In this document: positions 51,002 through 64,000 of the stretch, in pieces
How the letters are laid out: each line of letters begins with the position of its first letter
How positions within the stretch are numbered: position 1 is the stretch's first letter
NCBI GenBank assembly: GCA_951406725.2
Contig: OX597819.1
Location: forward strand, 42,470,001 to 42,534,000
Direction: 5' to 3'
DNA length: 64,000 nt
Origin: Octopus vulgaris
Taxonomy: Eukaryota
Made by a program: the position numbers and the translations under genes
Notes under the pieces: model-generated
The model's database searches: none
Told to the model about the DNA's origin: nothing
Seen by the model: only the letters and a program-made list of their open reading frames with translations

Positions 51002-51711
51002 CACTGTGATACCTGTGGTAAATCATTTTCTAAAAACAGTCTCTTGCCTTGGCACAAACATATTCATATTGGCAAAAAACTATATCATTTTCATATCTGT
51101 GGTAAATCATTTTCTCATAATAACACTTTAACTAGTTGCAAACGTATTCATACAGGACAAAAGCCATACCATTGTGATATCTGTGGTGAGTCATTCTTTC
51201 CAAAACACCACTAAACTACACATGAGTATTCATACACAAGTGTAACAATATCAATATCAAAATTTATTACAACAGGACAACAATTACGAATATTTTGTCT
51301 GATAAAAGACCGGGTTTATTCCTATTCAAACTTGACATTATCAACTTCAATTTCATCACTGTCAATATGAGATTCGTGAATATCAACTTCAATACCATGT
51401 AAATATGAAAATATATCAACACAGAAATGGCTTTGATTTTTGAAGATGATTGTGCTGGAATTTTTGAGTTATTTGTTATGAGTGAATAAAGGAATGAGAA
51501 TAATGAAAAAAAGTCTTAAATGACTTTGATTTTGTCTTTGTTGTTTTCATCATCATCATCTTCATCATCATCATCATCCTCTAACATCCATTTTTTGCGT
51601 CCATCTTCTATGCAGGATTGGATGGGAAAGTGTGACATGAGCTGGCAAGCCAGAGTGCTGCTCCACGTTCCTGTCAGATCGGAGTTGGTTTCTCTGGCTG
51701 TATGCCCTTAA

Positions 51712-51922
51712 CCCTTTCAATACCAACCTGGCTCTGGCTTTGTAGTACAAATGTCTTGTTTTCATAAATTTTGAATTAAAATCTTCCACCAAACTTTAGT
51801 CACAATTTATGTTCCTAACACTAGCTTAATGATACCTAAGTTATTTTACTAAATTCTTTGTTATATCTAAAATAATTGAAGGAAACACAGAACATCTCAA
51901 AATAAATACAGTAATGAAGGGG
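51712..51922. mobile_element. piggyBac-type MITE
   Basis: TTAA|CCCTTTCAATAC ... GTAATGAAGGGG|TTAA; paralogous empty sites near 46826 and 56240. Confidence 0.85.
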
Positions 51923-52719
51923 TTAAGATACATGGCGCATTTTATAAATATTCCTGTTCAAGTATCATAACAGTATGAAACAAGTAGTAGTGCTTTCAGT
52001 TGTGTATTTAATTTGATATGTATATATATATATATATATATATATGTATTTGTGTGAACATGATATCAGTCTGACAACTAAAATATATGAATAGAAATCT
52101 TGTATTTTGAGTATATTTTAATGTGAGGCAGAAGCATGGACTCCCTTCTACGAAGAAATAGAAAAATTGAAACTTTTTCGCATGTGGTGTTTGCTCAATA
52201 TATGCAACAAAATGGCAAGATAAGACATTCAATGTAAAAATCTTAGTAAAATGAACTCATTTACATACAGCCAATCAGAGCTCTCCTTGGCCTTGTTGTC
52301 AAGTTAACAAACACACTCTACCAAATACACTCAAGATGAAGAAAGGTGTTTTAAGTCGACCGATCACCAAGTTATGCCACATTTTAAAAGGTGACAAGTA
52401 ATTGGATAGATTTGCATCTGTACCTATTATCAGATTTTGTTAGGGCCCCATATTGGTAAATGTGTGGATGGGAAAAATATGAGTAGAGGGTGATGTGCTA
52501 GCAACCCTCTCCCCTTACTGTTTTACAAAATAAATAACTACGCAGAGGCAGCCATGGTTGAAACAAGCATTATTAAAAGAGAAAAAGAAACATGGTCATT
52601 CCTTACTCAAGTGACTGTATCTTATCGCTCATCACTTGTTATGTGCTTAGGAGAATATTAGATTTATAAGACCTAAAATTCACTCTTATAAATTTGATAT
52701 TTTCCTATCCTTCCTTTAT

Positions 52720-53120
52720 ACCGTTTCCTATATGCTATTCACATCTGCACTCGGTCTGCTTAGGAGGTTGTTGTGTCCTAGCATATGTGCTGCTTCTTTT
52801 AGTTTTCGTATATTCCTGTGGTGTTCTCAGTCTATTATTTTAACTTCATCCCACAGAGGGAGGTGGTCTCCATTTTTCTATACATGATCAGCTATACCCG
52901 ATTTATCAATATCTCCCTGTGTCACAGCTTTGCAATGTTCCTCTACCCTTATTTTGAGGAGACGGCATGTTTCACCTTTGTATAACCTACCACAGCTGCA
53001 TGGGATGGAGTACACGAAGTTTTTGGTCATATTCTCTTCTGGTGGTAGTTTTACTTGAAGGAGATATTTGCGAAGTATTGTGTTACTCTTGAATACTGCC
53101 CTGATGTCATGGAATAGCTG
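52720..53120 (-). mobile_element. Penelope-like element GIY-YIG endonuclease fragment
   Basis: NFVYSIPCSCGRLYKGET.R.LK.RVEEH...SGIADHV..WDEVKII..RKLKEA. Confidence 0.85.
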
Positions 53121-54187
53121 TAGACATACTCTTTTACTTGTTTCAGTCATTTGACTGCGGCCATGCTGGAGCACCGCCTTTAGTCAAGCAAATAGAACCC
53201 AGGACTTATTCTTTGTAAGCCTAGTACTTATTCTATCAGACGCTTTTACCGAACGGAGACGTAAACACACCAGCATTGATTACGCATATAAATACAGACA
53301 AATATGTACATAAACACATACATACATGTATACTTACACACTTCCACTTATGCATACATTCACAAGAATAAACAAAATATATGACACGTATATAAAGTCA
53401 TAATGCTGTCCATGGCTGACCGTAGGTTCAAGAACCAACACAGGGAAGGATCTGGGTGTAGTGTAGTATAAATAACACTGTCTCAACTGGTAGAGTCAAT
53501 ACGAGTCCTATACTGTTTGTGTAAAAAATCCTAAATGCTAAATTTCACTCATAATTTACCTGAAAATCTTTACCAAATGTAATTGATTTGTTCGACAATA
53601 AAAAAAACGTATCTGAAACAATGAAAACGAACCTCAACCCATCTGTGTCATCATTTATATATCTATGTTTGTGTATATATACGTGTGTATTCTCTCTTCT
53701 CCACCTTAATTCATCTGTCCCTCTTTTCCTCTCTCTTATCCTCACACGTGACTGACTGACCGATTGCTGGCCTTTCGTGCATAGCAGTCGTCACGGCAAG
53801 ACATTTTCTTCTCTCTGCCCTAAGGCATTTTTCTAACATGCCAGCTCAAAGTTTACTCGTCCTGTTGAAAGACGCCTGTCTGTAACGTCCTGTTTTTGTT
53901 ATTATTATTATCATTATTGTTTTTATGTATTTTTGTATTCTTATTCGTGTAACATCATCCGTTTTTCCGTCCTTGTTTTGTATACATTCGAGGCTTTCTT
54001 CCAAGGAATCTAATGCGCTTGGCTTAGATTTTCCTTTGGGGCTGGCCAGATCGGAGCAATCTCACGATTAGTCAGCCGAAATTGCGAGGATGATCCGGTT
54101 CTTGACTGAAGGCTTCGAATGTCCCGTCCGTGTTTTTTGCATCATCTTCTAAATGTTTTGCGTTCTTGTCCCAGTTTGTATCTTTTT

Positions 54188-54221
<34 letters not shown>

Positions 54222-54582
54222 ACAAATTGAGATAGGAGTTGTAGGTGCAACCATCCATGGGATAACATATATCCAATATACTGCTAGTGAAGTACCCAAC
54301 AAAGTAATACATAAATGTTAAGAATTGCGATGCAATTAATTCATTTACTGTATTATATGGGCAAAGGTAAAATGTTATACCACAAATTAATAATACAAAA
54401 TAAGAAAATGGAGAAACACATCTTAATCAATGATCAACTACCAGATGATGCCCAATCACATAATTTATTAAACCACTATATATGAACATTAAGGTCAAAC
54501 ATAATAATATAGAACAAAACAATGTACATGAAAGAGTAATATGATACAATAAGTTCAGTATGTATAAGTGAATATAAACTAC

Positions 54583-54709
54583 ATCTTACAGCTGTTTCGG
54601 CCATGCAGATATTGGTGTCTCATTATGCTCATATTATCCATGTGTGATAGGTCAATATGTAGTTATAAATGAGACACTTACAAAAATATCCCAAGGCCTC
54701 TTCAGAGAT
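54583..54709 (-). ncRNA. Type I hammerhead ribozyme motif HHR-5 (extended stem II)
   Basis: AUCU-CUGAAGA-GGCC..GAUAUU..GUGUCUCAUU..loop..AAUGAGACAC..AAUAUC..GGCC-GAAA-CAGCUG-UA-AGAU. Confidence 0.85.
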
Positions 54710-55544
54710 TATGAAATACAAACTAAATTAAATATGAATATCAGAGGAGGTACACCCATACAAGAGTGGGCACATACCCATAATATATAATATACACATA
54801 CATATGAGTGCATATACCCATACTCCTATACATATACATAATAATATAAATCAATATACATACAGCGGTGGTGCCCCAGCATGGCCGCGGCCTTCGGGCT
54901 AAAACATTTTTTTTAAGGATTTATACATATGTTCTATATTCAATGTTACAGTTAGTCAACATAATATTATGATATTACAATGTAGAAAACATACACATAT
55001 TCATATTCAAATGCAGATATACAAAGTCAAGAGTACATTATATTAAGTTACAAAATGTCATTAATATTAACATCTACAAACTAAATTAAATATGAATATC
55101 AGAGGAGATACACCCATACAAGAGTGGGTACATACCCATAATATACACATACATATGAGTGCATATACCCATACTCCTATACATATATATATACATAATA
55201 ATATAAATCAATATACATACATATGTTCTATATTCAAGTAATATTGTTGTTGTTTTTGCTATTATGTTGCTAAACATGTGATGCATATATTGTTTTGCTG
55301 GTATTAATGTTATTAATAATAATAATGATGATATTAGTAGCAATAGCGATAATGATAATAGTAATGATGTTAATATTAATAATTTTGTAACTTAATATAA
55401 TGTACTCTTGACTTTGTATATCTGCATTTGAATATGAATATGTTTTCTACATTGTAATATCATAATATTTCAATGTATGCATGTTTGAAGAAGACTTGAA
55501 GTTAAAGTGAGTAAAAGAAAGTAACAAAGAAGCTGCATCTATTT

Positions 55545-55960
55545 GCAATGGATGTGTGAAGAGAATTTGAGTCCAGAAATGGATTTTGCAATGAAGTCAC
55601 AATGGGGACACTGAGGATTTTGATGGTGCAAATGTGTCTATCGGTTGCAGGATATAGGTCTGCTATTTTTCATCAACTCAAATTCTTCCCGACATCATGA
55701 CACACTTTACACCATACAGATGGATCTAGGCAATGGCTTTCTCAACATGTCAAATCAATCTGCATAGATTTTATTGATTGCTTCAACTTATCCTTACACG
55801 TAAGGACAGGTCTTCCTCTGCCATGATATCCCGCTACTAGTTGACCTTACAGAAGAATTTTTGGAAAGCGATCATTTTCCATTTGAAAAACATGTCCTAA
55901 CCATCTGCACTGAATTTTCATCAATATGTTTTGTATACTGGACATATCACATTTTCCTAA
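55545..55960 (-). mobile_element. Old RTE/BovB-like LINE C-terminal fragment
   Basis: RWLGHVFQMENDRFPKILL*GQL..GRGRP.L..KD...CPHCDF..H. Confidence 0.75.
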
Positions 55961-57124
55961 GATTTTTACATTTGATGCCTTAACTTACCATTTTGTTGCA
56001 TACATTGCGCAAACACCACATGTAAAAAAAGTTTAAAGTTTTTTTTTTATTTCTCTCTAGAAGGGAGTCCATGCTTCTGCCCCATACAGAACTATGGTCA
56101 AAATACAAGGAATGTATAAATCGGGTTTACACACACATACATATATATATCGAAAGAAATCCACAACGGAAAGAGCTACTATTCATTTCATACTACAACA
56201 ATACTTGAACAGGCATATTCATAAAATACGCCATGTATGTTAAGGGCATACAGCAAGAGAAACCAAGCCAAATCTGACTGGAACACGGAGCAGCACTCAT
56301 GTCACACTGTCCCACCCTTACCTGTGAAGAAAATGGATGATGATGATTATGAAGAAAGCACAACAAAGACAAAATCAATGTCACTGAAAACTTTTATTCC
56401 TTATTCTCATACCTTTATTCTCTCAAAATAAATTCCTCAAAAATCCAGTACAATCATCTTCAGAAATCAAAGTCATTGCTGTGTTGATATATACATTATA
56501 TTGAAGAAGGCGGGGAGCTGGCAGAAACATTAGCACGCCGGGCGAAATGCGTGGCCGTTTGCCGTTACGTTCTGAGTTCAAATTCTGTTGATGTCGACTT
56601 TGCCTTTCATCCTTGCAGGGTTGATAAATTAAGTACCTATTTCTTTGCTACCCAAGCAGGGCTAAACACCGAGAGGACAAACAAATGGATTAAGTCAATT
56701 ACATCGAACCCACTGCGTAACTGGTCCTTAATTTATCAACCCCGAAAGGATGAAAGGCAAAGTTGACCTTGGCGGAATTTGAACTCAGAACGTAACGGCA
56801 GACAAAATACGGCCATGCATTTTGCCCGGCGTGCTAACGTTTCTGCCAGCTTGCCACACTAAATTAAGTACCAGTTACGCACTGGGTCGATGTAATCGAC
56901 TTAATCCATTTGTCTGTCCTTGTTTGCTCCCTCCATGTTCAGCCCCTTGTGGGTAGTAAAGAAGCAGATACATTATATTGAAGTTGTTATTCATGAATTT
57001 CATATTGCCATCCATGAACTTGAAGTTGATAACATCAAGCTTGAAGAGGAATGAACCCTGTCTTTTAGCAGACAAAATATTCATAATTGTTGTCCTGCTC
57101 TAATAAATTTCAGTTTTCATAATG

Positions 57125-58363
57125 TTACACTTGTGTATGAATACTCACATGTGTACTTAAGTGTCCTTTTTGAGAGAAACATTTACCACAGATATTACAA
57201 TGATATGGTTTCTCCCCAGTATGAATACGTTTGTGACAAGTAAAAGTGCTACTGTTAGAAAATGATTTACCACAGATGTCACAGTGATATGGTTTTTCCC
57301 CTGTATGAATACGTTTGTGACAAGTAAAAGTGCTACAATTAGAAAATGATTTACCACAGATGTCACAGTGATATGGTTTTTCCCCAGTATGAATATGTCT
57401 GTGACTAGTCAAATGACTATTTCTAGAGAATGATTTACCACAGATATTACAATGATATGTTTTCCCTCCTGTATGTGTAGGTTTGTGTCTAGACAAGTCT
57501 CCACTTTGAGAAAATGATTTACCACAAATATCACAGTGATATGGTTTCTCTCCTGTATGAATACGTTTGTGACAATTTAAAGTGCTTTTATGAGAAAATG
57601 ATTTACCACAGATATCACACTGATATGGTTTTTCCCCAGTATGAATACGTCTGTGATTAGTCAAGGGACTTTTACTAGAGAATGAAATACCACAGATATT
57701 ACAATGATATGGCTTCTCTCCTGTATGAATACGTTTGTGATTAGTTAAAGAGAAAATTTGAGAAAATGAATTACCACAGATATCACACTGATATGGTTTT
57801 TCCCCAGTATGAATACGCCTGTGATTAGTCAAAGGACTCTGACTAGAGAATGTTTTACCACAGATATTACAATGATATGGCTTCTCTCCTGTATGAATAC
57901 GTTTGTGTGTAATGAACTCACTACTTCTAGAAAATGATTTACCACAGATATCACAACGATATGGTTTCTCTCCTGTATGAGTATAATTGTGACTAGTTAA
58001 AGTGCTATTATCAGAAAATGATTTACCACAGATATCACAGCGATATGGTTTTTCCCCAGTATGAATGCGTTTGTGCCTAGTCAAATTATTATTTTCAGAG
58101 AATGATATACCACAAATGTTACAATGATATGGCTTCTCACCTGTATGAATACGCTTGTGGTGAGTTAAAGAGCTATTATGAGAAAATGATTTACCACAGA
58201 CGTCACACGGATATGGCTTTTCCCCAGTATGGATACATTTATGACTAGTCAAATCATTTTCAGAAAATGATTTACCATGGATATAAGAGTGATATGGCCT
58301 CTCTCCTGCATCAGTGTTTTTTGGTTTATTTAAATGATTCATCATGAGAGGATAATTTGTCAT
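57125..58363 (-). CDS. ZNF-F: C2H2 zinc-finger protein, 13 intact fingers
   Basis: Finger array ending HTQV*; acceptor at 58770. Confidence 0.92.
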   Translation of the reverse strand: MTNYPLMMNHLNKPKNTDAGERPYHSYIHGKSFSENDLTSHKCIHTGEKPYPCDVCGKSFSHNSSLTHHKRIHTGEKPYHCNICGISFSENNNLTRHKRIHTGEKPYRCDICGKSFSDNSTLTSHNYTHTGEKPYRCDICGKSFSRSSEFITHKRIHTGEKPYHCNICGKTFSSQSPLTNHRRIHTGEKPYQCDICGNSFSQIFSLTNHKRIHTGEKPYHCNICGISFSSKSPLTNHRRIHTGEKPYQCDICGKSFSHKSTLNCHKRIHTGEKPYHCDICGKSFSQSGDLSRHKPTHTGGKTYHCNICGKSFSRNSHLTSHRHIHTGEKPYHCDICGKSFSNCSTFTCHKRIHTGEKPYHCDICGKSFSNSSTFTCHKRIHTGEKPYHCNICGKCFSQKGHLSTHVSIHTQV

Positions 58364-61300
58364 ACATATCACAATGATAGTGTTTATTTCATTTCTGTGA
58401 ACATGTTTGTGTTCAGTTGTGTCATAATTGTCAGAGAAAAAATTAATGCTACATTTCTTTCATCAATGATTTTACTTAAAATCTAAAACAGAAAATGTAA
58501 ACTGTTAACTCTTTCATAAAGTTATTCAACCTCAAACTTTAAAGGAATCATCTCCTCTACATTCCAAATAACGAAAACCAGTAAATGTTGCTGTTAATTA
58601 CATTGTCCAGAAGAAATATTTTCCCATCATTTGTTGAAGATTTTATTTATACAAAAAAGTTGATGCGTTGATGAATGTATGGTCTTCCTTTAATTGATGA
58701 AAGTCAATAAAAATATCAGAGACGTGTCTGAATGAAGGAATTTCTTTAACGTCAACATGATGTGATATTCTGAAATAGAAAAAGAAGCAGTGAGATAAAG
58801 ATAATTATTAAACGACATAGTAATTCAACATTGCAAATATTACAACATCAACACTGTCATCCATTTAATGTCTATGTTTGCATGGGTCAGAATCCATTGA
58901 GGCATTGAAAGTTTTACAACATTCTGTATATAGACGAAGCGTTTCTACATTTCTCTAATTATTTATCTGTTTTCTTTCTCTTCCCTCCTTTCACTTGTTT
59001 CACCTGTGAAGTGGCATGGCTTAGTGGTTAGGGTATTTCACTCACAATTGTAAAGTTGTGAGTTTGATAAACAGTGGTGCAATGAGTCTCCAAGCCATTT
59101 TATTTCACTTTGCATCAGTCCACTCAGGTGTCAAAAATGAGTTTAACCTGTAATTCAAAGGGCCAGTCTTCTCACCATCTGTGCCTCCTTGAAGACTATA
59201 TTAAGGGTCCCCATGTCTGTGGAATGCTCAGCCATTTGCATGTTAATTCCATGAGCAGGCTTTTTAGTTGATTGGATAAACTAAAACACAGAGTGCCAGT
59301 TACTGGTTCACCAAGTGGACCGTAGCCATGCTGGAATACTTCTTTGAAGTGTTCAGTCAAATGAATCAACTCCAGTATATATATTTAAGTTTGATACATA
59401 TTCCACCAGTCATATATGCCCAATCACTAAGTCACAAGGATATAAGCAAACTAATGCCCATAGTAGAAGTGCTTTATGGCAGGAAAGGGAGTCAAACACA
59501 GATACAAACACACATAATTCCGTAAATGATACACTTTCCATGTAGCAAATCCCCTCACAAGGCTTTAGTTGGCCCAGGGCTATAATGGAAGACACTTGGC
59601 CCAGATACCACACAATGGGAATGAACACAAGACCACTTACTTCAAAAGCAAATACATGGTTCAATATACTTTATTTAATATTTCAGAAATATTTGGCTGC
59701 TATTTCTAGCAGCTTGTGCAGCCTATGTAGAAGCTCCTTTACTGAACAGGACCATCATCATTGTCATCGTTTTAACATCTCCTTTTCCATGCTTCATTGG
59801 ATCAGATGGTTTATGTAGAGGCAGATATTCTACAGCTGGATGCCCTTCCTGTTGCCAATCCTCACCTGTTCCCAAGTGAAGTGATATTCCACCGAGTTGA
59901 AACATGTTTACACAGAATATGGGAAAGAAAGGACATAGCTTCCATGATGGTGACAATCATTTACAAGCATCACAGAATGTCAAGAAGACAGAAACACACA
60001 TACATGTATATTTACGTGAGTATATGTGCTGATGCCATGTAAAAAGCATCCCCCCTCCACTCTGTAAAGCGGTTGGCATTAGGAAGGGTACCCAGCTGTA
60101 GAAACCCTGCCAAAGCAGACAGTTATGCTTGGTGCAGTCCTCTGTCTTACCAGCTTCTCTCAAACTGTGAAACACATGCTAGCATGGAAGACAGACAATA
60201 AATGATGATGATGATATATGCAAAACAGTTAACAAGAACCCCACGATACGGAATTCCTGCTGAGATGGAGTGATGGTCACAAATTGGATTTGGTACTTGC
60301 ATATCTATGGTATCCTAAAAGCACTTGAATTTTACAAAGTTGTTTTCTTTTACTGTGAGCTCTGTGTCTTTGTACTGAACCATTTTTCGGGTGTTCTTAC
60401 ACGGGGTTGTGTCTTGATTCTCAAGTCTATTTTCCTGTTTCTGCGGATTGTCTTACTTTTATGATTAATCCCACAGATAAATGTATCTAAAACTAAAGAT
60501 AGCCTTGTTTATCAAACTATAGATCTTAGGATAAAGCCATGTGATGACTGCTAATTCCTGCATACTAAACGACCAGCAGAGGATGAGCTGCTTTTAAATT
60601 TGTTTCAAAGACAGTAGAAAAGTTTATCCCAACAAATTCCGATATAATCGTAATTTATATCTCCGGAAAGGCATTTCAAAAAAAATTTCATCGAAAAACA
60701 ATTATGAGGAAAGAAGACCGAGGTGTGTGAATTATTCGAAACTCTTCTATATCCCACCGTCTCCGAAAAAGTTTTACACAACAAATTCGTATGTAATCGT
60801 AATCTACACAATCTGAAAAGTATTATCATCGTAATCTACATCATGGTACTAGTCGCGCACACTGGACCCGGTGAGCGCACATGCGCAAGCCAGTCGTAGG
60901 TAGTCGATCCTACAGTGACTTGCGTGTGCAAATGAGCTGATTGGCGCAACACTGCAAAAACTAAGTTAATAGCGAGCCCCTACTGAAGCTTAGGAAATAT
61001 TTTTCAACGATATACGGTGTATATTATTTTAAAGACAATTGCGTTTTTTTTTTTCGTTACAAAACAATTAGAAGCATTGAAAAAAAAGCAAAGCAACGTT
61101 AAGGACAGTCAAACATTTTTTTTTCAAAGTAGACCACTACAGGCGACAATTCACTAGTCTACGCGACTTGTACCAACAAATTAAATAAAAATAACACACT
61201 ACGGGTGTAAAAAAATTATTTATCTTGTTTAAAAAAAAAAACATCTATTAATTTGCATATGCGCACTCGCGCTAGGTAGTCGTTATAGGATCGACTAATC

Positions 61301-61469
61301 ACGACTAGCCATCTCGGATGCGCGCACCGGAAGCACTCATCTTAAATAGTACCCCGTTAAAGGTATATGGTGTGCTTGTAATCGATTTTCTGCTCGCCTC
61401 AAACAATGCTGGTCCTGGGCCAAAATTTCAAACCATCATCATCACTATTACTAATATAACCTTAAAGTA

Positions 61470-63189
61470 GGTACTTGTCAATTGTCGTGGTCCCGGTTTT
61501 GCACACGCGAATTCGCGCGCGCCATATCAAAATGAACAACTTTGAATTACCCGGTGGTGGTGCTGGTGGTGGTGTGAGGTTCTAATTTTTTTTCTGATCT
61601 CTCTTTGCCCCCCCTAGATGGAGGTGTGGTGGGGAGACAGATGAAAGATGTTTCATTCTCTACTATATATGTATATCTATATCTATATCTATATATATAT
61701 ATTTCTTAAACCTACACGATATAGTCTATAAATTTGGGATGTTTTTGAAAGATAATATATTTTGTCATCAGAATATATATACTTTCTCACACTACAATTA
61801 AGATATATTTATTTTAAATCGTTCATCTTTTCCCGCGACAACAAAAATTGGGCGCGAAAATTTTTCTAAATATTAGCTGAATGAACAACTGAGATAAAGA
61901 GGGGGCAAAGAGAGATCAGAAAAAAAATTAGAACCTCACACCACCACCACCACCACCACCGGGTAATTCAAAGTTGTTCATTTTGATATGGCTCAAAAGG
62001 CATTATGGACTTTTAAATGGAGATTGAGAAAAATTGTTTCAATTAGAAAAGCAACATTTCTAGAAAATAGTAAATTGAAGTGTGAACACAGCACCTTACA
62101 GAGTATAAGTATATGACATTTATTTTTAAAATTTAACTTAATTTGTTTTATATTCTAAATAATTTGCAATTCCAAAAAATATATTAATTTTGCGTTTTTT
62201 AATTTGATAAAGTCTACGGAATAATTTTGCGCGTTTTTTTATAAATTCTACGGAAAGAATTTAGTGCGAAAAATTTATACACAAAGACCTGTTGAGGCAA
62301 GCGAAGTTGATATCGAACCTCATCCCACGACAGGCACCCATGCCAACCCCCTTTGCTTGCGAAGACATGTTGGGGCAAGTGTGGCACCCGGCAAATGCCA
62401 GGACCCCTGGACTGGTGGTACGTAAAAAGCACTATCCGAATCGTGGCCGATGCCAGAGCCGCCTCGACTGGCACCAATCCGACCGTGGCCGTTGCCAGCC
62501 TCGCCTGGCACCTGTGCGGGTGGCATGTAAAAAGCACCCACTACACTCTCGGAGTGGTTGGCGTTAGGAAGGGCATCCAGCTGTAGAAACATTGCCAGAT
62601 AAGACTGGAGTCTGGTGCAGCCTTCTGGCTTCCCAGATCCCCGGTCGAACCGTCCAACCCATGCTGGCATGGAGAACGGACGTTAAACGATGATGATGAT
62701 GAGAAGAAATTAATTCATTAAGTTTACCAAATTATATACGTCTGTAAAAAAAAAAAAAGTTTCACAAATTATATACGTTCGCGTTTGTGTAAAAAAAATT
62801 ATTAACCAAGTTTTATAAATTATTTACTTTGTTCAAAAAATATTATTAATATTAATTAATTTTCAAGAATTATTTAATTTATATAATTAATTCATTAATT
62901 TTATTCTGTAAAATAGTAATTAATTCATTTCTCTGTAAATCCGCGAGGAAAGCGACTATGTAATTTTTTTGTGTAAAATTGAAAATGTTATATATACACA
63001 CACACACACACATATATTTTTAGTGAAATCCAACACCTTTTTTTTTTAGGGGGGGGGTTAACGCGCACGCGCGAATTCTGCACTGCGCATGTCACCTCGT
63101 AGGATCTCGAATATCGAGTACCTACGTCTGGCGCGCGCGCGCGCGAATTCGCGTGTGCAAAACCGGGACCACGACAATTGACAAGTACC
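61470..63189. mobile_element. 1.7-kb non-autonomous TIR element (Merlin/MULE-like) in a ZNF-F 5' intron
   Basis: About 50-bp TIRs GGTACTTGTCAATTGTCGTGGTCCCGG; 9-bp TSD CTTAAAGTA at 61461-61469 and 63190-63198; internal inverted repeat and a nested RTE tail. Confidence 0.9.
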
Positions 63190-63517
63190 CTTAAAGTAAG
63201 TCTTTATCAACTTACCGTTTTATCAGTGCCTCATTAACAAACAAGACAACACTAATTAATGTGGTATTCTCTAATAGGTTTCCTCTCATTTTACTAATTA
63301 ATTATGCTACATTACTCTGATTTTACCAACGAATTTCTTTTATATTACATGTAATTTTCATAAACAACAGGTCGCATTAAGACGAGGAAATATATTTTCC
63401 TGATGCTGTTCTGCTCTCGCTTCGAAATAATTACTGTGGAATAGAGAGGTTAACATAACTCTGTTATTTACATTATTATCATTATCACCTTTATAGCCTT
63501 AAAATATATCTTTGTCA

Positions 63518-63665
63518 GCTTACCGTATTCAGATATAAACAACGAGTCGGTGGTCAGTAGTTAAGAACCTTAATGGATAATTGAAATGGCGCTTGTTTCA
63601 AGTGTTGCAGCAGTTATTTCCCTTTATATGATTGTATTTTTTTAATTCTCCAATAGATGGCTCTA
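63518..63665 (-). promoter_or_regulatory. Type-A promoter and exon 1 of ZNF-F
   Basis: GCCATCT (63655-63661), TATAAAGGGAAATAACT (near 63628), CTGAATACG|GTAAG (63523); second donor near 63215. Confidence 0.6.
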
Positions 63666-64000
63666 CTAACTGGTTGGATTCATTTCAGTGTTTTTTCTTT
63701 CTCTAATTCTGTGAACAACTTCACCTTCACCTTCACATTTCCACCAAGTGATTCGAAGAAGGTGTAGTCAAGACACATCCCCGTGTAAGATCACCCGAAA
63801 AATGGTTAGGTACAAACACACAGAGCTCACAGTAAAAGAAAACAACTTTGGGATCTTTTCGGTTTGAACGGCAGTTTTTCTAGCGGTGTCATATGAAATT
63901 TGTCACCCATAATTATAACCCTAGTATCGATCTATTGCATTTCAATGTTTTAGGGGTGGGGGAAAGGGTATCTTTTTTTCTTCACAAATGTAAATAAACC

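Overview
AT-rich, microsatellite-dense eukaryotic DNA. The SINE/RTE-tail repertoire and the single-coding-exon C2H2 genes point to a coleoid cephalopod, most likely Octopus (inference). The window is part of a tandem C2H2 zinc-finger cluster with six KRAB-less ZNF genes (orientation - - + + + -, called ZNF-A to ZNF-F here), built by tandem and inverted segmental duplication. Each has a conserved splice acceptor about 0.2-0.45 kb upstream of the ORF and a candidate non-coding first exon from one of two promoter types. The spacers hold decayed transposons: Gypsy gag-pro with an LTR pair, RTE and CR1-like LINE pieces, a Penelope GIY-YIG fragment, mariner, Helitron, hAT/piggyBac/Tc1/Merlin-or-MULE-type MITEs and several tRNA-derived SINE families. 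Two signals stand out. (1) At least six type-I hammerhead-ribozyme motifs from four or five sequence families, with palindromic stem III and often very long stem II; four lie sense-oriented downstream of ZNF genes. (2) A 1.37-kb inversion carrying a split, inverted 9-bp target-site duplication, which appears to have swapped the promoters/first exons of two divergent ZNF genes. All calls were made by eye; repeat coordinates are approximate.
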